Assembly: GCA_964525635.1 (NCBI GenBank)
Contig: CAZGJX010000089.1
Coordinates: forward strand, 1-17,552
Reading direction: 5' to 3'
DNA: 17,552 nt
Source: an uncultured archaeon
GTDB taxonomy: Archaea > Asgardarchaeota > Lokiarchaeia > Sigyniarchaeales > SOKP01
Part shown: positions 8,807 through 16,381 of the stretch, in pieces
Numbering within the stretch: the first letter of the stretch is position 1
Layout: the number at the start of each line of letters is the position of its first letter
Position numbers and translations under genes: made by a program
Notes under the pieces: model-generated
Seen by the model: only the letters and a program-made list of their open reading frames with translations
Told to the model about the DNA's origin: nothing
Databases searched by the model: none

Positions 8807-11002
8807 ATGTTTTTTAGTGAGAACAAAGAACTAGAAGCCTTCATTTCTTATGGTAAATATCAACAAGCATTAAAATTATTAAACTCCATTGAGAAAGAAA
8901 GAACTCTTATGGATGATGAAGATTTAATAAAATTATACATACAAAGTATTATTCATCTTGATAAAGGGATGTTTCAAAAAGGAAAGACACTTGCTAGTGA
9001 ATTAATAAAAAAAGCTAAAGAAAAAAACAATATTTTAAGAGAGCTTGATGGTATTAATGCAAAAATAGAACATCTTGTTTGTTTAACATTATTTAATGAA
9101 GCTTTTGATTTAATAAGCCAGGGGGAATTAATATTAAGCAATATTCAAGGTAATTTCAATGAAGAATATAACTATAGAAAAGCATATCTTTTATTTCTAA
9201 AAGGAAGAACTTATATGAATGCCTATAAAGATTTAGAAGCTATTGAATTATTTAAAAAAAGTTATGAAATTAGAAGCAATATAGATGATAAATTTGGCGT
9301 TTTATATACTTTAATAAATCAGGGTTTTGTGACTACGAGTATCGGTGATTTTAGTGAAGCTGAAAAATTTATTAATGAGGCTCTGACTATAGCAGAAGAA
9401 TTAGATATAAAAAATGGAATTGTATGGGCTCTATTACAGTTGGGATGGATTAAGTATCATTTGAGAGATCTGGATACTGCTATGAAATCTGCTGATAGAT
9501 GTATGCAAATTTGTAAGAAAGAAAGCTATATATATGCTTCTTCCATATGTTATGATCTTACTGGACATTGTTATTTTATCAAAGGAAATCTAAATAAAGC
9601 TTTATCTTATTTTCAAAAAAGTCTACATATTAGAGTATCATCAGGACATAAGGGATTAGTAACGCAATCATATTATAGTATTGGAAATGTGTTTAGTCGG
9701 AAAGGAGAACTTAAAAAAAGTCTGGAATATTACGAAAAAGGATTAAATGTATCTGTTGTTGAAGATAGAGTGGTATTAAAACCAGTATATTTAAGTATAA
9801 TTGGTAAAATATATGGAGAGCTTGGAGATTTTTCTACCGCTAAAAAAAATTTATTGGAAGCTTTAGATTTATTAATAGAAAGAGGAATCTTCATCTATCA
9901 TTTTCAGAATTTTAGTATTTCTATAGCTAAAACATATCATTATCTTATTGTTCTCTCACTAAATAATAATGATTTAGATAAAATAGATGAATATTTAAAT
10001 CAATTATATGAGTTAAGTATCAAATATAAAGATAATAAACAAATTAAACAATTATACGAGTTAGATAAAGCAATTATTTTAAACTCAAAAGATCGTTTAA
10101 TGGAAAAAATGAAAGCTGGGATAATTTTCAAGAAAATCAGCAAAGAGGAAATCTTAGACCATGAAATCTCTGTTGAAGCTATGATACATCTATGTGATAC
10201 TTTAATATATGAATTAGAGTTATCGGGAGATAGGAAAATTCTCAAAGAGATAGAAGAACTATCTGATAAACTGCTTAATATCGCACAATCTCAATATTTG
10301 TATGATTTATTAGCAGAAACATATTTTCTCAAAGCAAAAATATCAATACTCAATTTAGATATCAAAAATTCACGTATGTTATTAACTAAAGCTCAAACAA
10401 TTGCGAATGAACATGGATTGAAAAGATTGGCAAATAAAATCTCCTATGAACATGATTCTTTTTTGATTAATTTAGAGGAATGGGAAGAAAAGACTAATCA
10501 AAATGTTTCATTACAAGAAAGAATAAATAGTTCAAAACATGAATTCTTATTTTCAAAAATGATTAGAACTAAAATTGAAGAATTACCTAAAGATATAGAA
10601 ATACCTGTATATATAGTAATTCTCAGTACTATTGATGGGCATTGTTTATATAGCAACGCTTTTGAGGAGATTAGTCTAAAAGATGGAGATTTAATAGCCG
10701 GATTTATTTCTGCTATTAATATGTTTGGTAAAGAAGCTTTTGCTACTTCTGGTTCTATAGATAGAATTAAACATGGTGAATTTTTAATAATCTTTCAATC
10801 TAAAGAGAATTTTCTATTTGGATATGTTTTTAAAGGACATTCTTATTCTGCATTCTCTAAATTGAAAGATTTTGTTCAAAAATTATATAAAGAAGAATAT
10901 ATCATTAGAGAATTGACTTTATCTGCTAATAGTTATACTGAAATATCAGATGGGATTACCTCCTCCATTAATCAGCTAAGCACAGAGATTTTCTTTGAAT
11001 AA
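8807..11002 (+). CDS. TPR-repeat protein with C-terminal longin-like domain (paralog 1)
   Basis: Repeated TPR-like units (G..Y...G....A..Y..K.L.I, e.g. TGHCYFIKGNLNKALSYFQKSL and IGNVFSRKGELKKSLEYYEKGL). The last ~130 aa have a beta-beta-alpha-beta-beta-beta-alpha pattern (VYIVILSTIDGHCLYS / DLIAGFISAINMFGKE / IDRIKHGEFLIIF / FLFGYVF / helix), as in longin/sedlin folds. Confidence 0.8.
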   Translation: MFFSENKELEAFISYGKYQQALKLLNSIEKERTLMDDEDLIKLYIQSIIHLDKGMFQKGKTLASELIKKAKEKNNILRELDGINAKIEHLVCLTLFNEAFDLISQGELILSNIQGNFNEEYNYRKAYLLFLKGRTYMNAYKDLEAIELFKKSYEIRSNIDDKFGVLYTLINQGFVTTSIGDFSEAEKFINEALTIAEELDIKNGIVWALLQLGWIKYHLRDLDTAMKSADRCMQICKKESYIYASSICYDLTGHCYFIKGNLNKALSYFQKSLHIRVSSGHKGLVTQSYYSIGNVFSRKGELKKSLEYYEKGLNVSVVEDRVVLKPVYLSIIGKIYGELGDFSTAKKNLLEALDLLIERGIFIYHFQNFSISIAKTYHYLIVLSLNNNDLDKIDEYLNQLYELSIKYKDNKQIKQLYELDKAIILNSKDRLMEKMKAGIIFKKISKEEILDHEISVEAMIHLCDTLIYELELSGDRKILKEIEELSDKLLNIAQSQYLYDLLAETYFLKAKISILNLDIKNSRMLLTKAQTIANEHGLKRLANKISYEHDSFLINLEEWEEKTNQNVSLQERINSSKHEFLFSKMIRTKIEELPKDIEIPVYIVILSTIDGHCLYSNAFEEISLKDGDLIAGFISAINMFGKEAFATSGSIDRIKHGEFLIIFQSKENFLFGYVFKGHSYSAFSKLKDFVQKLYKEEYIIRELTLSANSYTEISDGITSSINQLSTEIFFE

Positions 11003-11147
11003 GAGTACTTTATACCTTATCTCTTAGATTAAATATTAGTCTTATATGAAAATTAAAAGAAAATTTACTAATATATCCAAAGATCAAGATTTATAGATAA
11101 TTTATTTTATTATCATATAAAATAACACTGATTTATTTAATTGAAAA

Positions 11148-13343
11148 ATGTTTTTTAGTGAGAACACACAACTGGAAGCTTTCATTTCTTTTGGTAAATA
11201 TCAACAAGCATTAGAAGTGTTAAATTCAATTGAGAAAAAGAAATCATTATCTGTTAATGAAAAATTAATCAGAAAATATATTCAGAGTTTTATATATCTA
11301 GATAAAGGTGAATTTAATAAAGGTAAAGCCATTGCAGAAGAAATGATTGAGGAATCCAAATTAAAAAACATACCATTACGAGAAATTGATGGAGTAATAG
11401 CAAAAATAGAAAATTGTATTTGTCTGACATTATTTGATGAATGTTTTGAATTAATCAAAGAATGGGAATCATTATTAAGCAACCTAAAAGACGTTTCTGA
11501 AGAAGAATATAAATATCGTGAAGCTTATTTCTTTTATTTAAAAGGAAGAACTTTTCAAGACACACATATTGTACATGAGGGATTAGTTTCATTAGAACGA
11601 TGTTATCAGATAAGAAAAGAAATTAATGATAAATTTGGAATATTATGGGTTATAATAAATACAGGTCATTTAGAAACATCTATAGGTAATTTTCAAGCAA
11701 GTGAAGATAAGTTAAATGAAGGACTAATTATTGCAGAAGAATTAGATGTTTCAATAGGAATTACATGGATATTGATAATATTAGGGTGGATAAAATATCA
11801 TACAAGAGAGTTAAATGCTGCAATGAAATATGCAAATAGATGTTTACCCATTTGCATAAAAAACAATTTTAGTTATGCTCTTACAATTTGTTATGATCTT
11901 TTTGGCCATTGTGATCTTCTACAAGGTAAACTTGACGAAGCTTTAACTTATTTTGAAAAAAGTTTGAATATTAGAGTATCAATGGGACATAAGGGATTAA
12001 TAACTCAATCATACTACAGTATTGGAAATGTATTTAGTCGCAAAGGAGAGCTTAAAAAAAGTTTAGAATATTACGAAAAGGGATTAAATATACCTGTTGT
12101 TGAAGATAGAGCAATGTTAAGACCTGCATATTTAAGTGTAATAGGAAAAATTTATGGAGAGCTTGGTGATTTTTATATCGCTAAAAAATATTTATTAGAA
12201 GCTTTAGATTTATTGAATAAGAGAAAAATCTTTATATATCACTTTCAGAATTTTAGTGTATCTATAGCTAAAACATATCATTATCTTATTGTTCTCTCAC
12301 TAACTAATAATGATCTTGATAAAATTGATGATTATATAAAACAATTATATGAGTTAAGTAATAAATATAAAGATACAAAACAAATTAAACAAATATATGA
12401 ATTAGATGAAGCAATTATTTTAAAATCAAAAGAACGTTTAAGAGAAAAAATGAAGGCTGGAATTATTTTCAAAAAAATTAGTGAAGAAGAAACTTCAGAT
12501 CATGAGATCTCTATTGAAGCTATGACACACCTGTGTGAAATTTTAATATATGAACTAGAATTATCAGGAGATATAAGCATTCTTGAAGAGATAGAAGAAC
12601 TATCTGATAAACTGCTAAATATTGCAAAATCACAATATTTATATGATTTATTGGCGGAAACTTATTTTCTCAAAGCGCAAATATCAAAACTTAATTTAGA
12701 TATAAAAAACTCACGTATATTTTTAAATAAGGCTCAAGATATCGCCAATAAGCATAATTTAAAATTATTAGCGAATAAGATTTCTAACGAACATGATTCA
12801 TTATTAACAAATTTAGATAATTGGGAGAATAATAATGAACAAAACAAACCAATTAAGGAAAGAATAAATCAATCCAAATATGAATTCTTATTCTCAAAAA
12901 TGATAAGAGTAAAGATTGAAAAATTTCCTAAACAAACAGAAAAACCCGTATTTCTTGTTATATTAAGTATTATTGATGGTCACTGTTTATATAATAAATC
13001 TTTTGAAGGATACAATCTTAAAAATGGAGATTTAATAGCTGGATTTATTTCAGCGATTAATATGTTTGGTAAAGAAACATTTGCCCCTTCAGGGTCCATA
13101 GACAGAATTAAACATGGCGAATTCTTAATAATCTTCCAAGTTAAAGAGAATTTTTTATTTGGATATGTTTTTATTGGACATTCTTATTCAGCTAGTACTA
13201 AATTCAATGATTTTATCCTAAAATTATATAAAGAAGAATATATCATTAGAGAATTAAAAATGTCTGCCAATAGTTATACTGAGATTTCAAATAAAACTGC
13301 TTTAATTATTGATCAACTAAGCAATAATATTTTCATTGAATAA
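11148..13343 (+). CDS. TPR-repeat protein with C-terminal longin-like domain (paralog 2, tandem duplicate)
   Basis: Same length (731 aa) as paralog 1 and colinear with it at a constant 2341-nt offset; same TPR and longin-like motifs. Confidence 0.8.
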   Translation: MFFSENTQLEAFISFGKYQQALEVLNSIEKKKSLSVNEKLIRKYIQSFIYLDKGEFNKGKAIAEEMIEESKLKNIPLREIDGVIAKIENCICLTLFDECFELIKEWESLLSNLKDVSEEEYKYREAYFFYLKGRTFQDTHIVHEGLVSLERCYQIRKEINDKFGILWVIINTGHLETSIGNFQASEDKLNEGLIIAEELDVSIGITWILIILGWIKYHTRELNAAMKYANRCLPICIKNNFSYALTICYDLFGHCDLLQGKLDEALTYFEKSLNIRVSMGHKGLITQSYYSIGNVFSRKGELKKSLEYYEKGLNIPVVEDRAMLRPAYLSVIGKIYGELGDFYIAKKYLLEALDLLNKRKIFIYHFQNFSVSIAKTYHYLIVLSLTNNDLDKIDDYIKQLYELSNKYKDTKQIKQIYELDEAIILKSKERLREKMKAGIIFKKISEEETSDHEISIEAMTHLCEILIYELELSGDISILEEIEELSDKLLNIAKSQYLYDLLAETYFLKAQISKLNLDIKNSRIFLNKAQDIANKHNLKLLANKISNEHDSLLTNLDNWENNNEQNKPIKERINQSKYEFLFSKMIRVKIEKFPKQTEKPVFLVILSIIDGHCLYNKSFEGYNLKNGDLIAGFISAINMFGKETFAPSGSIDRIKHGEFLIIFQVKENFLFGYVFIGHSYSASTKFNDFILKLYKEEYIIRELKMSANSYTEISNKTALIIDQLSNNIFIE

Positions 13344-13705
13344 GGATGCTTTTTAACTTTTATATCTAAATGAAAAAATTTCTCATTTATATAAAATTAT
13401 AAAGTAAATCAATTAATTTAACAAAAAATCGAGAGTTTATCTTTCTTTTAGTATTACTGTATATAAAAGTAATATTTATTTATCTTTCTTTAAGATATGT
13501 AGATATTCTTTTTTATATTTTTTCTCTTTTATGTTATTGGTGTATTTTTATTTAATAATCTTTATAAAATAAATTAAGAAAAATTTAATTGATCTGATTT
13601 ATTATATTAAATTAATAAAACCTATTAAAAAATTATAAGTAGTAAATTGTTCAATATTAGGTTTTAAGGACTAATTTATTCATATTAATATTCTAAAGTC
13701 CAAAA

Positions 13706-13732
13706 AATTTTGCAAAATTGTTGTTTTTATAA
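13706..13732 (+). promoter_or_regulatory. Candidate cdc48 promoter: palindrome AATTTTGCAAAATT plus TATA-like TTTTATAA
   Basis: Perfect 14-bp palindrome at 13706-13719, just upstream of TTTTATAA (13725-13732), which ends about 38 nt before the ATG. Confidence 0.3.
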
Positions 13733-13769
13733 TATCAAATAAAGAAATATTTCTAATAATCAAATACTC

Positions 13770-16007
13770 ATGACAACTTCTGATAGTAAAGATAATAAGA
13801 AAGAAGATGGAGAGCAGTTAAAAGTAATACTCCGAGTTCAAAAAGCTAAAAAAAGAGATATTGGGCGAAATATAATCAGAATAGACCCAAAAACTATGGA
13901 ACAATTGGATATTCAAACTGGTGATGTAATTGCTCTAAGAGGTAAAAAAGAAAGTGCAGGAATTGCATGGCCTAGTTATCCTCAAGATAATGGTCTGGGA
14001 ATTGTAAGAGTGGATTCTCGCCTTAGAAAAAATACAGGAACTAGTATTGATGATACTGTTGAAATACAAAAAGTTAATGCTGCTATTGCACAAAATGTTA
14101 TTTTGGCTCCAGCAAGTGTAAGAATAAGAAGTAATCCAAGATTTGAAACATTTGTAAAAAGAAAGCTCAGTAATTATCCAGTAACTTTAGATGACATCAT
14201 TCTTATTTCAATCGGAATAAGCAGGGAAATTACATTTAAGGTTACAAATCTTAGACCTAAAGGTGTATGTATTATTAAACAAGATACTACCCTAAGTATC
14301 AGTGAACATATAACTGAAGAAGAAGATAAAGGCGAAGGATATGTTACTTATGAGGATGTTGGTGGTTTAGACCGAGAAATACAAAGAGTAAGAGAAATGG
14401 TAGAATTACCATTAAGACATCCTTCTTTATTTAAACGCTTAGGAATAGACCCTCCAAAGGGAGTGCTTTTAAGAGGGCCACCTGGTTGTGGTAAAACTTT
14501 AGTTGCAAAAGCTGTAGCAAATGAAAGTGAAGCTAATTTCATTTCTATAAATGGACCTGAAGTTATGAGTAAATTTTATGGAGAATCTGAAAAAAAATTA
14601 AGAAAAATCTTTATAGATGCTGAAGAAAAAAGTCCTTCAATAATATTTATAGATGAAATTGATGCAATTGCTCCAAAGCGGGAGACAGTTACTGGAGAAG
14701 TAGAAAGAAGAGTTGTTGCTCAACTTCTAGCTTTAATGGATGGTTTACATAGCCGAGGGAGAGTTATTGTTATTGGGGCTACAAATAGACCAAATAGTCT
14801 AGATTCTGCATTAAGAAGACCTGGACGGTTTGATCGTGAAATAGAAATAAAGGTTCCTAATGAAAGAGGAAGAAGAGAAATTTTTCAAATACATACTAGG
14901 AATATGCCACTTGACAATAAAATGGTATTAATAAAAGATTTTGCTCAAATAACTCATGGTTTTGTTGGAGCGGATATTTCAGCAGTTTGTCGAGAAGCTG
15001 CAATGTCAGCTTTGCGTCGCTATTTGCCAAGAATTGATTTAGAATCTGAAATTATTGATCCTGAACTATTAGAACAAATAAAAGTAACTAGGGATGATTT
15101 TGAGCAAGCATTAAAAGAAGTACTTCCTTCAGGAATAAGAGAAGTATTTGTAGAAATACCAAATGTGAATTGGAATCAAGTTGGAGGATTAAATGAACTA
15201 AAACAGAAATTAATTGAAGCAGTCGATTGGCCTTTATCACACCCTAAAATCTTTAAACGAATGGGTATAAGACCTCCAAAGGGAGTTTTATTATATGGAC
15301 CACCTGGTTGTGGAAAGACTCTATTAGCAAGAGCAATAGCTACAGAAAGTAAAGCAAATTTTATTTCCATAAAGGGACCAGAGCTTTTATCAAAATGGGT
15401 TGGAGAAAGCGAGAAAGCAATAAGAGAAGTATTTCGAAAAGCGAAAATGGCCGCTCCCTGTATAATATTTTTTGATGAATTTGACTCAGTTGCACCAAGT
15501 AGGGGACGTTTTAATTCTGATTCTGGAGTGACGGAAAAAGTTTTATCTCAATTCTTAACAGAATTAGATGGCTTAGAAGTTATGAAAGATATTGTTGTAA
15601 TCGCAGCAACAAATCGACCTGATATACTCGACACAGCATTAATCCGACCTGGAAGGATAGATAGAATATTACTAGTTCCCCCTCCAAATGAGGTAGAAAG
15701 ATTAGAAATATTAAAATTATTCACTAAAGATATGCCATTAACCACAAATATAGAATTAAAAGAATTAGTTAACATGACCGAAGGATTTTCAGGAGCAGAT
15801 ATAGAAACTTGGTGCCGAGAAGCGGCTATGGGCGCTCTTAGAGAAAATATAAGAGCAAGAAAAGTATCTATCGAGCACTTTAATGATGCAAAAGAAGAAA
15901 TCCATCCTACAATTACTCCTGAAATTTTAAAATGGTATGAGGATTTTGGTAAAAAGTTAAGACGTAGAAAAATTCAAAAACAAAAAGAAGAAGAATTATT
16001 TGTGTAA
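13770..16007 (+). CDS. cdc48: Cdc48/VCP(p97)-family AAA+ ATPase
   Basis: N-domain ([12 protein letters not shown]), two AAA modules each with GPPGCGKT, Walker B (IFIDEID; FFDEFD) and SRH ([10 protein letters not shown]; LIRPGRIDR); pore loops KFYGESE and KWVGESE. Confidence 0.98.
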   Translation: MTTSDSKDNKKEDGEQLKVILRVQKAKKRDIGRNIIRIDPKTMEQLDIQTGDVIALRGKKESAGIAWPSYPQDNGLGIVRVDSRLRKNTGTSIDDTVEIQKVNAAIAQNVILAPASVRIRSNPRFETFVKRKLSNYPVTLDDIILISIGISREITFKVTNLRPKGVCIIKQDTTLSISEHITEEEDKGEGYVTYEDVGGLDREIQRVREMVELPLRHPSLFKRLGIDPPKGVLLRGPPGCGKTLVAKAVANESEANFISINGPEVMSKFYGESEKKLRKIFIDAEEKSPSIIFIDEIDAIAPKRETVTGEVERRVVAQLLALMDGLHSRGRVIVIGATNRPNSLDSALRRPGRFDREIEIKVPNERGRREIFQIHTRNMPLDNKMVLIKDFAQITHGFVGADISAVCREAAMSALRRYLPRIDLESEIIDPELLEQIKVTRDDFEQALKEVLPSGIREVFVEIPNVNWNQVGGLNELKQKLIEAVDWPLSHPKIFKRMGIRPPKGVLLYGPPGCGKTLLARAIATESKANFISIKGPELLSKWVGESEKAIREVFRKAKMAAPCIIFFDEFDSVAPSRGRFNSDSGVTEKVLSQFLTELDGLEVMKDIVVIAATNRPDILDTALIRPGRIDRILLVPPPNEVERLEILKLFTKDMPLTTNIELKELVNMTEGFSGADIETWCREAAMGALRENIRARKVSIEHFNDAKEEIHPTITPEILKWYEDFGKKLRRRKIQKQKEEELFV

Positions 16008-16096
16008 TTCCAAAAAATTAATTAATTTTAAAATATAATGTTATAATATTACTTCTTTCTTTAAATATTATTAAAATCTAATAAGTATAATAAGAG

Positions 16097-16372
16097 GTGA
16101 ATCATCTGGATAGATGGAATAAAAGACCAGTTATTAATTCGATTATAGATATTCTTGTTGACAATAAAGGAGAGGCTCTTGATAAAAGAATTGAAGAACT
16201 CTTGAGGAAGGAATATCCTTATATCAATTCATATAATTTAGAAGAAATCTTTATGAAAATGGAAAGTAACAATATCATTACGGTATTTCGAGTATCAAAA
16301 AGTAAGAATATGATAGTTCTTAATAAAGAAACAAGAGTTATAAAAAAAAAGAATATTAAAGATTTAGCTTAA
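16097..16372 (+). CDS. Small winged-helix-like protein downstream of cdc48 (start may be CTG 16106)
   Basis: Helix-helix-helix then beta-hairpin pattern (IIDILVDNKG / DKRIEELLRK / LEEIFMKMESNNIITV..SKNMIVL) typical of wHTH. GAGGTGA SD at 16094-16100. Confidence 0.6.
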   Translation: MNHLDRWNKRPVINSIIDILVDNKGEALDKRIEELLRKEYPYINSYNLEEIFMKMESNNIITVFRVSKSKNMIVLNKETRVIKKKNIKDLA

Positions 16373-16381
16373 TTCTTTATT

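Larger units (their letters stand above)
8802..13370 (+). repeat. Diverged tandem gene duplication (two ~2.2-kb units, period 2341 nt)
   Basis: Shared AAAAATGTTTTTTAGTGAGAACA at both starts; identical tracts 9920-9962/12261-12303 and 10879-10914/13220-13255; loose similarity continues about 25 nt past both stop codons. Confidence 0.93.

Noticed and set aside
7984-11482. Minus-strand ORFs 7984-8250, 10000-10245 and 11282-11482
   Set aside because: Antisense to fen1 and the TPR genes; the two in the TPR genes are not listed at equivalent positions in the other paralog.
8807-13343. TPR pair considered as a diversity-generating retroelement target/template or an assembly artefact
   Set aside because: Differences are not adenine-specific and there is no reverse transcriptase in the window; the copies are too diverged, with many synonymous changes, to be a mis-assembly.
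13344-13769. Long AT-rich spacer considered as a replication origin, ncRNA or CRISPR leader
   Set aside because: No ORB-like G-string repeats, no cdc6/orc1 nearby, no GC-rich structured segment and no repeat-spacer periodicity.
14348-15775. Mutually similar antisense ORFs (14348-14542, 15176-15370) and 15548-15775
   Set aside because: The similarity simply mirrors the D1/D2 AAA duplication within cdc48; not a repeat element or separate genes.
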